A stretch of 64,000 nucleotides of DNA. Source: Methanocaldococcus indicus (GTDB lineage: Archaea; AGJL01; Methanococci; Methanococcales; Methanocaldococcaceae). Position 1 is the first letter of the stretch, and each line of letters opens with the position of its first letter. Under the pieces are notes generated by a model. The model was not told the origin of the DNA. It made no database searches and was given only the letters and a program-made list of their open reading frames with translations. The stretch is taken from assembly GCF_049554935.1 (NCBI RefSeq), contig NZ_CP186926.1:1152001-1216000 (forward strand), written 5' to 3'. Positions 10,779 to 20,887 of the stretch are shown here, piece after piece. The position numbers were made by a program, and so were the translations under genes.

Positions 10779-11198
10779 TTATTTAGCACATACATATTTT
10801 TTATCAAACTTTACAAAAATCCTATAAACCAGAAAGTAACTTAAAGGATGCAATTCATAACTACTAAAATCTAATATTAAATGAGATAACAACCCAATAG
10901 AAGCCCCAAATAAACATTTAGATAAGTTAGGAAACAAAAAACCAAATAAAATTAACAAAAACACAAATTCAAGGGAATGAAATAACACAATTACTTTTCC
11001 AAACTTTTCATAAAAATGCTCAAAAATTTCTTTACTAAAGATTATTTTCTTTTTATATATCCAAAAATCTATAAGATGGTCTACATCAACAAAAAATCCA
11101 AAGATGAAACAAAATAAAGCACCATCTAAAGAACTTGTCGATACATAATATATCAATGCTAAAATAATAGACGCTATAAGATGATATTGGGGCATCAT
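10779..11198 (-). CDS. Small membrane protein, possible metal-dependent hydrolase (YdjM/LexA-binding-like)
   Basis: N-terminal His followed by the DVDH, FHSLE and SHLILD pattern within TM helices. Confidence 0.55.
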   Translation of the reverse strand: MMPQYHLIASIILALIYYVSTSSLDGALFCFIFGFFVDVDHLIDFWIYKKKIIFSKEIFEHFYEKFGKVIVLFHSLEFVFLLILFGFLFPNLSKCLFGASIGLLSHLILDFSSYELHPLSYFLVYRIFVKFDKKYVCAK

Positions 11199-11207
11199 AC
11201 TTCTACC

Positions 11208-12671
11208 TTAATTTGAAGGAGAAAAATCCTTTAAATGACCTATAACCTTCTTAGCCCCTCTTAATATAAATTCTAAATCTTCCTTACTTCTAATTGATAA
11301 AATCCTTCTCATCACATATTTAGGGGTTAAGAACGATTTATACAATTCTCTTGTTAATTCTTTAACATCATTATCATCTATTGGAGCTTTTATAACAAGC
11401 TTCCTCATATCGTAATCATCCCAATCATAAGTCATTAACAATCCTTGCTCCTTCATATCTTCAAACATCTTAGTCCCGGGATATGGAACAACTATAGTGG
11501 CTTGTAAAGTTGAAGCATAACCCTTCTCAAACAGCCATCTCGCTAACTTTACAGTTTTCATAGCTTCTTCTTTTGTCTCCCAAGGATAACCGACCATTAT
11601 CGTTATATGTGGCTCTAATCCAGCCTCTGAAGCCCATTTTAGCTCTTCTGTAATCCTCTCTACAGTTACTCCTTTATTTATCCTTTTCAATGTTTCATTA
11701 CTTGCAGATTCCAAACCACAGAGTATCATTCTAAATCCTGCCTTTGCTAAAAGTTCATAATCTTTTTTAGTTAATGCTCCAAATCTCATATTGCATCCAA
11801 TATATATTTCTTCGTTATAGCCCCTCTCAATTATCATATTTGCAAACTTTCTTAGCCATTCTCCTGATGGAAATGAACCTGTGTCATCAAAAATTTCTTT
11901 AACTTTATACTTTTCAATTAACATCCCAATTTCATCAACTAATAACTCTGGATTTCTTACCCTATAATTTGGATATAATGTTGTCCAAGCACAAAAACTA
12001 CATCCCCCATTCTCTCTCCACCAGCAATCTCTTCCAGCCATTGTATAAGTTCCAGGAGTTCTTTTGTAATTTCCATTTTTATATGCATAAAGCCACCATT
12101 TTGTTAAATCTCTATCTATAAATGGTAGTGAATTTAAATCATGATTTAATATAAACCTTCCAGTATTTTTTATATGCCCATCTTCATCCTTATAATAAAA
12201 CCCAGGTTCAAGGTTATCCTTTCCTTCCAACCATTTAACCAAATTTAAAAGCATAAAATCATAGTCTCCACCAGTTATTACAAAATCTACTTTAGAATTT
12301 TCAAATGACTCTAACGGCAATGCAGTAACATGATCACCCATCAAAACTATCTTAGTTTTTGGCAGATATTCTTTTAACTCGTTAATTATTTTCCAATGTT
12401 TTTTAACCACGGGAGTTTTTGTTTCTATCGCTATAATATCAGGTTCTTCATTTATAATATCATTTAACCATTTATCATAGCTTTTTTCTTCAGCAATTCC
12501 ATCATCCCAAACCACATCATAACCATTATGCTTTAATAGAGTTGCCGCATAAGCTGGGACCATAGGATATATATAAGTAGGCTCACTAAACCATTGAAAT
12601 TGCCTATTTTGTGAAAGTAACGGAACTCCTTTTTCACTTTCCAATGGAGGGTAAGATATACTAATTTTCAT
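11208..12671 (-). CDS. B12-binding-domain radical SAM protein
   Basis: N-terminal cobalamin-binding-like domain (AATLLKHNG..VLMGDHVTALP), GRDCWWRENGGCSFC, IFDDTG, GLESAS, GYPWET and PYPGT. Confidence 0.85.
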   Translation of the reverse strand: MKISISYPPLESEKGVPLLSQNRQFQWFSEPTYIYPMVPAYAATLLKHNGYDVVWDDGIAEEKSYDKWLNDIINEEPDIIAIETKTPVVKKHWKIINELKEYLPKTKIVLMGDHVTALPLESFENSKVDFVITGGDYDFMLLNLVKWLEGKDNLEPGFYYKDEDGHIKNTGRFILNHDLNSLPFIDRDLTKWWLYAYKNGNYKRTPGTYTMAGRDCWWRENGGCSFCAWTTLYPNYRVRNPELLVDEIGMLIEKYKVKEIFDDTGSFPSGEWLRKFANMIIERGYNEEIYIGCNMRFGALTKKDYELLAKAGFRMILCGLESASNETLKRINKGVTVERITEELKWASEAGLEPHITIMVGYPWETKEEAMKTVKLARWLFEKGYASTLQATIVVPYPGTKMFEDMKEQGLLMTYDWDDYDMRKLVIKAPIDDNDVKELTRELYKSFLTPKYVMRRILSIRSKEDLEFILRGAKKVIGHLKDFSPSN

Positions 12672-12674
12672 AAA

Positions 12675-13655
12675 TTACCACCTTTTTCTTAAATCTTTCT
12701 TTAATAATCCAATAATAAACCCAATACCATAAACCAAGTGTGTGAGTATAATCCCAATCCAAGTTAATATTAACAATTTAGGAGATTTGGTTTGGTCTAA
12801 TGCCGCTACAAATGCTAAAATAACATACACCAACATTATTAAAGACATGAACAGGGCAATATACTTCACTATAGGCAGATATAAAGCTAATATCAAACTA
12901 ACAATCCAAAACACAAACATGCCCACCAACAGGGAGGGAACTATATAAATTAATTTTCTTGAATTTTCTGGAAATTTCTTAAAGAAATGTCCTCTGTGCA
13001 ACCCAAATCTATATACCTGTCTTAGATGTGGAATAAACAACGGTCTTCTGTGATGATAAACTATAACATCAGGAGCCTCTATCATTTTAAACCCCAATTT
13101 TTTTATTTCTAAGCATATTAAAGTATCTTCTCCAGGCCAGTATTCTTCATTCCATCTAACTTTTTCAAATATTTCTTTTTTTACTATAAAGTTACACGAG
13201 TGGATATCATCAGATTCGTAAGGTTTCCCCATCTTGTATCTATTTTTTAATCCCCCCATCAAAAATGATGAATATATGTATCCACTAACTTTCTGCATAT
13301 CACTATCTTCAGGAGGCGTTATTCCAGGTCCCCCCACAGCAGCCACTTTAGGATCTTTTAAATATTTAACAGCATTTTTCAGCCAATCTTTTATAGGATA
13401 CGCATCATCATCTATAAAAGCTACAATATTTCCAGAAGAATTTTCTACACCAATATTCCTTTTCTTTCCTGGAGACGCTTTCCCAGTAGGTATTATTTTT
13501 ACATCTTTATCGTCTACTATATCCTCATTATTTATATAATCTGGTAAGACAATAATTTCAAAATCTGGATAATTTAATTCTTTACATTTTCTAATACAAT
13601 CTTTCGCATATTTATTAATATTTTTACATGGGATGATAATAGAAACTTTATCCAT
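12675..13655 (-). CDS. GT2 glycosyltransferase with C-terminal TM helices
   Basis: VSIIIP, KRNIGV, AFIDDD and PGED motifs. Confidence 0.9.
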   Translation of the reverse strand: MDKVSIIIPCKNINKYAKDCIRKCKELNYPDFEIIVLPDYINNEDIVDDKDVKIIPTGKASPGKKRNIGVENSSGNIVAFIDDDAYPIKDWLKNAVKYLKDPKVAAVGGPGITPPEDSDMQKVSGYIYSSFLMGGLKNRYKMGKPYESDDIHSCNFIVKKEIFEKVRWNEEYWPGEDTLICLEIKKLGFKMIEAPDVIVYHHRRPLFIPHLRQVYRFGLHRGHFFKKFPENSRKLIYIVPSLLVGMFVFWIVSLILALYLPIVKYIALFMSLIMLVYVILAFVAALDQTKSPKLLILTWIGIILTHLVYGIGFIIGLLKKDLRKRW

Positions 13656-13672
13656 ATACCTTAACCTCCTAA

Positions 13673-14375
13673 GACACTGTCAAGTTAACGACTTCAACCA
13701 ATTGTAGAACATCATGAAACTTTTAATCCAGCTAACAACTGTATCGAATTTGCTGTTATTAGGAAACCTATTATAAAATGCTTTAGTTCTTCGTTTGAGT
13801 AGTGAGAAAAAGCTTTCTACACAATTTCTCAGTCCGAATCTGACTCTTTCAAATTCTAAACCCAATCTTTGCAATGCCCACGGATACCATCTTCCACCAT
13901 CGACCAAAATCTTCGGCTTATTAGAGCAAAATTTTAATATGCTCTTAACGAATAATATAGTATCGAGGTAGTTTCTTGTTTCAGAAACATAAACTCCCAA
14001 GCACTCTTTCGATTCAACATCAATAGCAGACCATACGTAAATAACTTCATTTCCAATCTTTAGTTTGGTCTCATCGATTGCAATTGCGTATCTTTCCTTT
14101 CTTTCAGGTTCGTTTAAAACCTCTTTAACCTTGTGATAATAAGTCCTAACCGACTCATGGCTTATACTTTCGAATTGGGAAAGAAACAAACTTACTTTCC
14201 TCAACGATAGTCCAAAGTAATACAAAATCCCAGCTAAGATTTTAACTTCTATCGACTTCTTATTCCTTTTAAAAATCTTCTCCTCTTCGATTCTCTCCTT
14301 TAAGACTTCTATCGTGAGCTTCATATTTTACTATTTTTTATCGATATATTAATAAAAGCTTAACTTGACACTCTC
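13673..14375 (-). mobile_element. IS6-family insertion sequence (ISMja1-like), copy 1, 703 bp, intact 214-aa transposase at 13680..14324
   Basis: Terminal IRs GACACTGTCAAGTTA (13673-87) and TAACTTGACACTCTC (14361-75). DDE motifs IAIDETK, VDGGRWY and NCVES. The stop codon lies inside the right IR. Confidence 0.93.
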
Positions 14376-14394
14376 ACTATAGTAAGGTTAATAT

Positions 14395-15365
14395 ATATTA
14401 GTCAAAAATATATATTTTATCATTTAATAAATAGCCCCAATATTTAAGGTTATATGTGATTGTGAAGAGTAAGAGCTTAACGCTTAAACCTTTCTTGCTT
14501 ACAGCTCGAATATGCTTAGGGAACATTGTAACTAACTCTGAGAAGTTAGTTTCGATGCTTTTTTTCAACTTATTCAATATTTTATACTTTTTTCTCTCTA
14601 CAAACAATTTAATCATGTTTTTTCTTTTTATCGCTTCGAAATAAACTTTTCCATTTCTTAATAAATTTTCAAAACCTTTATCCATATAACCTTTATCTCC
14701 GATTATACTACAGTTCATAAATTCTCGAATAAACCATCTGAAATTTTTCTTTTAAAATATCTAAGTCGTGTTGATTTGCAGGATTAATGAATATCAGCAT
14801 TAGATATAAACCATCGGTGATATAAGTTGCTTTATATCTAAAATAATAACGTTTTTTTGATGCATTAAACCCGACTGTTCCATCTTTTTTAATTAACATT
14901 GATTTTCCTCTTTTATTATGTCTGTTTTTTCTTACAAGTTCTTTCGTTTCAATTGGAATTGTATCTATAAATAACAAACAGTTTTTTGTTTAAAAAGACC
15001 CTCTGAATTTCAAATAATAGTTCTTCATATCTACTTAATCGTTCAACTAATTTGTTGTATCTTATTTTCGGAAATAACCCCAACTCTTCGATTAAAAATT
15101 CATATCCCTTTTTATACACCCACCGAAGTATACCATACAATAGAACCGAAAAGATTATTAAGTCCAAGAAAGATATTTTTTCTCTGCGGGTGTATGGCGA
15201 TTTATATTTAGTAACTATCAGGTGAAACTTAGTCCGCATAAGTTTTATTAAACGCTTAATCTTCGGAATTTTTGATTTATCGGTGATATTATCACCTCCC
15301 AATATTTTTTGTAGTAATCTATAATTACATAAAATTATATATAAATATATCTGTTTGATGGGAAC
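14395..15365 (-). mobile_element. Degenerate IS982-family element (transposase split across three frames, 14398..15302)
   Basis: FIDTIPI, GFNASKKRYY, GDKGY, SIETNFSEL and HIRAVSKKG motifs. Flanked by the 12-bp direct repeat TAAGGTTAATAT (14383-94 and 15366-77). No clear IRs, so the ends are inferred. Confidence 0.72.
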
Positions 15366-15400
15366 TAAGGTTAATATTTTTATCAGAGACTGTTGGAAAC

Positions 15401-15453
15401 AAAAGCTTTATGATGTTTTACAATAAGGATGATGTCGGTAACTTGACAGTGTC
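15401..15453 (+). mobile_element. Orphan, diverged 3' end of an IS6 element with an intact right IR
   Basis: AAAAGCTTTATGATGTTTTACAAT...GTCGGTAACTTGACAGTGTC aligns with the transposase 3' end AAAAGTTTCATGATGTTCTACAAT...GTCGTTAACTTGACAGTGTC. Confidence 0.8.
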
Positions 15454-15482
15454 TTATAAGATTATAAACTTAGGGGATTTAA

Positions 15483-16808
15483 ATGAAAATTTCAGTTATT
15501 GGAACTGGATATGTTGGTATAATACAAGCAGTTGGTTTAGCAGAGTTTGGTTTTGAAGTTGTAGGAATAGATATTGATGAATCAAAAGTTAAAGCATTAA
15601 ATAGTGGAGAATGTCCTTTGTATGAAGAAGGATTAGAAGAGCTATTAAAAAAACATGTAAATAAAAATTTAACTTTTACAACATCTTATGAGCCAATAAA
15701 AGACTCTGAAGTTATATTTTTATGTGTTGGGACTCCACAAGATAAAGATGGTAATGCTGATTTAAGATTTTTATTTTCAGCAGTTGAAAAAATAAAAGAA
15801 ACAATAGATAAAGAAGATTATAAAGTTATTGTTATAAAATCTACTGTTCCAGTAGGAACAAATAGGAAAGTGAAAGAACTCTTAAGAGGTTATAATGTTG
15901 ATGTTGTTTCAAATCCTGAATTTTTAAGGGAAGGAATTGCTGTTTATGACTTTTTCAATCCAGAGAGAATAATTTTAGGATTTGAAAGTTTAGATAAGAA
16001 AAAGCCAATTGAGATTATGAAAAAAGTTTATAATTATTTTGAAGGGAAAAATGTTCCATTTGTAATAACAAATTGGGAAACAGCAGAGTTAATAAAATAT
16101 GCATCAAATGCATTCTTAGCAACAAAAATATCATTCATAAATGAGATAGCAAAATTAGCAGATAAAGTAGGAGCTGATATAAAAAACATAAGCTATGCTA
16201 TGGGATTAGACCCAAGAATCGGTAATAAGTTCTTAAATGCTGGAATTGGTTATGGTGGAAGCTGTTTCCCCAAGGATGTCAAAGCATTAATAAAACAATT
16301 TGAAAACAATAATATAGAGCCGATATTAATTAAAGCTACGGATAGAGTTAATGAAGAACAAATAAAATGGTTCTTTGAGAAAATTAAAAATTACTATGGA
16401 AATTTAAATGGAAAGACCTTTGCTATCTTAGGTTTGGCTTTTAAACCAAATACTGATGATTTGAGAGAAAGTAGGGCTATAAAATTGATAGATATGGTTT
16501 TAGATAGTGGAGCAATTGTTAAAGGGTTTGATTATGTGGAAAAAGCAAGAGAAAATACAACTAATATGTATAAATTGAATAAGTCAAAGGCATTTTACGG
16601 CTATAATTTGTATGTGTTGGATGACTTGTATGAGACAGTTAAAGATGTCGATGGAATAATAATAACTGTTGAGTATGATTTTAATAAAGAAGATTGGGAA
16701 AAAATTGCAAATTTAGTTAAAGAAAAAGTTGTATTTGATGGAAGAAATGTTTTGGATGTTAAAAAGATTAAAAAATTAGGATTCAAATATTATGGGGTGG
16801 GTAGATGA
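15483..16808 (+). CDS. ugd: UDP-glucose 6-dehydrogenase
   Basis: GTGYVG, CVGTP, KSTVPVG, SNPEFLREG, GYGGSCFPKD and GLAFKPNTDDLRES motifs. Confidence 0.93.
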   Translation: MKISVIGTGYVGIIQAVGLAEFGFEVVGIDIDESKVKALNSGECPLYEEGLEELLKKHVNKNLTFTTSYEPIKDSEVIFLCVGTPQDKDGNADLRFLFSAVEKIKETIDKEDYKVIVIKSTVPVGTNRKVKELLRGYNVDVVSNPEFLREGIAVYDFFNPERIILGFESLDKKKPIEIMKKVYNYFEGKNVPFVITNWETAELIKYASNAFLATKISFINEIAKLADKVGADIKNISYAMGLDPRIGNKFLNAGIGYGGSCFPKDVKALIKQFENNNIEPILIKATDRVNEEQIKWFFEKIKNYYGNLNGKTFAILGLAFKPNTDDLRESRAIKLIDMVLDSGAIVKGFDYVEKARENTTNMYKLNKSKAFYGYNLYVLDDLYETVKDVDGIIITVEYDFNKEDWEKIANLVKEKVVFDGRNVLDVKKIKKLGFKYYGVGR

Positions 16809-16873
16809 AAACAATAAACTTTATTTAATTAATAGTAAATTCTTCATTTCCCATATTTAGTACTGGAATAGTA

Positions 16874-17575
16874 GAGAGTGTCAAGTTAAGCTTTTATTAA
16901 TAATTGATAAAAAATAATAAAATATAAAGCTCACGATAGAAGTCTTAAAGGAGAGAATCGAAGAGGAGAAGATTTTTAAAAGGAATAAGAAGTCGATAGA
17001 AGTTAAAATCTTAGCTGGGATTTTGTATTATCTTGGACTATCGTTGAGGAAGGTAAGTTTGTTTCGTTCCCAATTCGAAAGTATAAGCCATGAGTCGGTT
17101 AGGACTTATTATCACAAGATTAAAGATGTTTTAAACGAACCTGAAAGAAAGGAAAGATACGCAATTGCAATCGATGAGACCAAACTAAAGATTGGAAATG
17201 AAAATATTTACGTATGGTCTGCTATTGATGTTGAATCGAAAGAGTGCTTGGGAGTTTATGTTTCTGAAACAAGAAACTGCCTCGATACTATATTATTCGT
17301 TAAGAGTATATTAAAATTTTGCTCTAATAAGCCGAAGATTTTGGTCGATGGTGGAAGATGGTATCCGTGGGCATTGCAAAGATTGGGTTTAGAATTTGAA
17401 AGAGTCAGATTCGGACTGAGAAATTGTGTAGAAAGCTTTTTCTCACTACTCAAACGAAGAACTAAAGCATTTTATAATAGGTTTCCTAATAACAGCAAAT
17501 TCGATACAGTTGTTAGCTGGATTAAAAGTTTCATGATGTTCTACAATTGGTTGAAGTCGTTAACTTGACAGTGTC
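16874..17575 (+). mobile_element. IS6-family element copy 2 (702 bp), transposase start codon mutated ATG to ATA
   Basis: IRs at 16874-88 and 17561-75. Reads ATA AAG CTC where copies 1 and 3 read ATG AAG CTC. Carries an L-to-R change (SLFRSQ). Confidence 0.93.
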
Positions 17576-18277
17576 TGTAGATATATTAAAAGATTATTTA
17601 GATGAAGATGATTATATTGAGTTATTATCAAAAACTAAGAGTAAAGAAGAATCAATAAAAAGAATAATCAATAGTGGGCTAAGTAGAAGCAAAAAATTTG
17701 AATTACTTTTGTCAATAGATAAAGATGAAGCTATAAAATATGCCACTAAAAATAGGTTGTATAATGACCTCATTAAATATTATTATTTTGCTAATGAATA
17801 TGATAAAGTCGTTGAATTATTTAGAAAATATAAATTCAGATACATCCCAAACATTATATATGATGTCAATTATTAAAGTGAATCCTGAGGATAAAGATGA
17901 TTTATTAAGAAAACTATTCAAATATGCAGATTCATATACTAAATATTACATTGCTATGGAATTAAATGATAAAGAATTATTGCTTAAAACCTATAAAGAG
18001 TTAGTTAAATATGATATTCATAGACATGAATTAATAAATGTAATAAGAAAACTTTTATTAGATTATGATGAGAAATCCATAATTCCCAATAATAAAAAAT
18101 TTGATTTATAAATATATTGATGAAAAGACACAGTTTGGTTATGAATCTGCTGTTTCTTTATTAGAGATTCTAAAGGAACATGATGAAGATGAATTTAAAA
18201 ATCTTTTAGAAGAAATAAAAAAGAATCACTTTAGAAAAAGAAATTTAATGTCACTAATATCAAAAAAGGGCCGGTAA
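17576..18277 (+). pseudogene. Frameshifted C-terminal remnant of a helical protein, probably the tail of the SWIM zinc-finger gene at 35658..36039
   Basis: Begins abruptly at the IS end. Segments in changing frames end ..GYESAVSLLEIL..FKNLLEEIKKNHFRKRNLMSLI, which resembles the C-terminus of SWIM-family proteins. Confidence 0.55.
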
Positions 18278-18334
18278 ATATGTAATAAAAAATTTAAAAA
18301 TTCACTATTTATCAATAAATTTTTTGATATATAG

Positions 18335-18559
18335 ATAGTAGAAGAGTTTATAAAGGAAAATAAGCAGAGAATTGAACAAAAATTTAAGGATGAAAGGATA
18401 GTTATAAAGAAGGAGTTAAAGGATGAGTTGAGGTATGAGTTAGCAGCTAAGGAGGATGTTTTATTAACTAAAACAGAACTTAAAAAAGATATTGATTTAG
18501 TTAGGTGGGATATGATAATAATAGCATTACCAGAGATTATTGGTAAATTTTTTAGTTGA
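18335..18559 (+). pseudogene. Start-less remnant of a coiled-coil + TM protein (DUF1640-like ELATKED family)
   Basis: Open frame IVEEFIKENKQ..LKDELRYELAAKEDVLLTK..MIIIALPEIIGKFFS, preceded by a stop codon. Paralog of 20880..21247. Confidence 0.55.
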
Positions 18560-18576
18560 TTATAGGGTGATAAATA

Positions 18577-19020
18577 ATGGATGAAGAAAAATTAAATAAA
18601 ATCTTAAATGAATTTTTAGAAAGATGTAAAGAAAAATTTGGTGATAATTTAATATCAATAGTTTTATTTGGTTCTTATGCAAAAGGGACAGCAACTGAAT
18701 ATTCCGATATTGATTTATTAGTTATTGCTAATAACTTGCCAAAAAGAAGAATTGATAGGTATAAAATTATAAAAGATATTGACTTAGAGTTTCTTAAAAA
18801 ATATCACATAACCATATCTCCAATTTTAATTAAGCCAGAAGAATTATCAACTAAATCAATAAGTCCATTAATTTATGGTATTTTAACTGGTTATAAGGTT
18901 ATTTATGACAAAAACAATTTTTGGAATAATTATATTGAAAAAATAAGGCCGATTATAAAAAAAGATGGGGCCATTTATGTTGAGAGGGATAAAGAATGGA
19001 AGATAGCAGAGTTAATTTAA
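18577..19020 (+). CDS. Minimal nucleotidyltransferase (MNT antitoxin-like)
   Basis: LFGSYAKG..SDIDLLVI motif. Confidence 0.88.
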   Translation: MDEEKLNKILNEFLERCKEKFGDNLISIVLFGSYAKGTATEYSDIDLLVIANNLPKRRIDRYKIIKDIDLEFLKKYHITISPILIKPEELSTKSISPLIYGILTGYKVIYDKNNFWNNYIEKIRPIIKKDGAIYVERDKEWKIAELI

Positions 19021-19436
19021 GCAAATACTTTTTATCTATGGCAGAAGAAGATTTAGAAATTGCCAAAATTTTGTTAGAAACAAAACATTATGCTGGCTCT
19101 GTCTTTCACTCTCAACAGTGTATTGAAAAAGGTATTAAATCTGTCTTAATCTTATTTGGAATTTTTATAAAAACACACTACGTCTCAAATTTACTGGTTA
19201 GGAATTTGGATAAGTTTGATGAATATTGGAAAGAGAGGTTTGATAGCTTATTACCTATAATAAGGGAATTAGAAAGACATTGGGCTTTGCCTCGCTATCC
19301 TGAACCAATGGGGGAAGAAGTGTGGAATCCACTGGATAATTATACCAAAGAAGATGCAGAAGAATGTCTTAAAAATGCAGAGTATGTTTTAAAGGTTGTT
19401 AAGGAGTTTTTAAAAGAAAAATATGATTTAGAGTAA
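18996..19436 (+). CDS. HEPN domain protein
   Basis: AEEDLEIA, FHSQQCIEKGIKS, KTH, RYP and AEECLKNAE motifs. Overlaps the MNT gene. Confidence 0.85.
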   Translation: MEDSRVNLSKYFLSMAEEDLEIAKILLETKHYAGSVFHSQQCIEKGIKSVLILFGIFIKTHYVSNLLVRNLDKFDEYWKERFDSLLPIIRELERHWALPRYPEPMGEEVWNPLDNYTKEDAEECLKNAEYVLKVVKEFLKEKYDLE

Positions 19437-19490
19437 AATTATACAATATATGCTCCTGAAAATATTAAAATATTACCACATAAAATAGGT

Positions 19491-19982
19491 ATGAGTATGA
19501 TAATTAAGAATAGGGAATTATTAGAAAAGATAATTAAAGAGTTAAAAAGCCAAAATCTAAAAATCATCTTTACTAATGGATGTTTTGATATAATTCATAG
19601 GGGACATGTAGAATATTTAAATAAATCAAAGAAGCTGGGAGATGTTTTAATAGTTGGGATAAATTCAGATGAATCAATAAAAAAGATAAAAGGTAATAAA
19701 AGACCAATAATTCCTCTATACTCCAGAGCTTATGTTTTAGATAACTTAAAGGCTGTTGATTTTGTAGTTCCTTTTGATGAAGAAACTCCAATAGAGTTGA
19801 TAAAAATCATTAAGCCAGATGTTCATGTGAAAGGAGGAGATTATAAAGAAGAAGATTTACCTGAAGCTAAAATTGTTAAAAGTTATGGTGGAAAAATAAA
19901 AATAATTCCTTTAATTGATGGTTTTTCAACAACAAAAATAATAGATTGGGTTTTAGAGAAATACAAAGAGGGGAAAAAATGA
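19491..19982 (+). CDS. rfaE2: D-glycero-beta-D-manno-heptose-1-phosphate adenylyltransferase (RfaE domain II / HldC)
   Basis: FTNGCFDIIHRGH, GINSDES..KG..RP, VKGGDY and LIDGFSTT motifs. Confidence 0.9.
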   Translation: MSMIIKNRELLEKIIKELKSQNLKIIFTNGCFDIIHRGHVEYLNKSKKLGDVLIVGINSDESIKKIKGNKRPIIPLYSRAYVLDNLKAVDFVVPFDEETPIELIKIIKPDVHVKGGDYKEEDLPEAKIVKSYGGKIKIIPLIDGFSTTKIIDWVLEKYKEGKK

Positions 19983-20887
19983 TAATAGTTTTAGGAGAGG
20001 TAATGTTAGATAAATACACTTATGGAAAGGTTGAGAGAATAAATCCAGAAGCTCCAGTCCCAATATTAAATGTAGTTGAAGAAAGATATACCTTAGGAGG
20101 AGCTGGAAATGTAGCTAATAATATAGCATCTTTAAATCATGGTGTATTTTTAGTTAGTATCTTAAATAATGATGAATTTGGAAAATGTATTAAAGAGTTA
20201 TGTGAAAAGAATAATATCAAATATTATTTTATCTCTGATGGAAGGCCAACAATTGTAAAGCATAGGTTTGTTGCCTTAGGATATAATCAGCAATTGCTTA
20301 GGGTTGATTATGAAAAAGTTTATCCTATAAATGATAACTTAGCTGAAAAAATCTTAGAAGTTATTAAAAATCTCAATGAAAAATCAAATATATTGATAAT
20401 TTCTGATTATGCAAAGGGATTAATTACAAAAGAACTTATGGAAAGTATAAAAAAAGAATTTAAAGGAAAAATCTTAGTTGACCCAAAACCTAAAAATATT
20501 GAACTTTATAAAAAAGTTTATTTAATAAAACCAAATTTAAAAGAAGCTTCTCAAATTTTAGGGATAGAGATAGAGAATAAAGATGATGAGGTAGAAAAAG
20601 CTGGTTTAGAGTTAGTTGATAAATACAACTCAAACTTTGTTATAACAAGGAGTGAAAAAGGAGCTACATTGATAACATTAGATGGAGAAATTTTCCATAT
20701 CCCAACAAAAGTTAAAGAAGTTCATGATGTCTCTGGAGCTGGAGATACATTTATTGCTGTTTTAGGATATGCATTAGATAAAGGTTATGATTTAGTTGAT
20801 GCCGTTAAATTGGCAAATAAGGCAAGTTCAATTGTTGTTGGAAAAGTTGGAACTGCAACAGTTTGCTTAGAGGAGTTGTTTGATTAA
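19979..20887 (+). CDS. rfaE1: D-glycero-D-manno-heptose-7-phosphate kinase (RfaE domain I / HldA, PfkB fold)
   Basis: GEVMLDKY..RINPEAPVP, GGAGNVANN, QQLLRVD, SDYAKG and DVSGAGDT motifs. The ATG at 19979 overlaps the upstream stop. Confidence 0.92.
   Translation: MIIVLGEVMLDKYTYGKVERINPEAPVPILNVVEERYTLGGAGNVANNIASLNHGVFLVSILNNDEFGKCIKELCEKNNIKYYFISDGRPTIVKHRFVALGYNQQLLRVDYEKVYPINDNLAEKILEVIKNLNEKSNILIISDYAKGLITKELMESIKKEFKGKILVDPKPKNIELYKKVYLIKPNLKEASQILGIEIENKDDEVEKAGLELVDKYNSNFVITRSEKGATLITLDGEIFHIPTKVKEVHDVSGAGDTFIAVLGYALDKGYDLVDAVKLANKASSIVVGKVGTATVCLEELFD

Noticed and set aside
17256-17453. Repeated 65-aa [13 protein letters not shown] (also at 30678 and 35091)
   Set aside because: It is an antisense shadow of the IS6 transposase.
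17547-17876. ORFs starting [10 protein letters not shown] (here and at 30294..30584) as a protein family
   Set aside because: The shared N-terminus is just the IS6 right end read in another frame and fused to truncated flanking genes.
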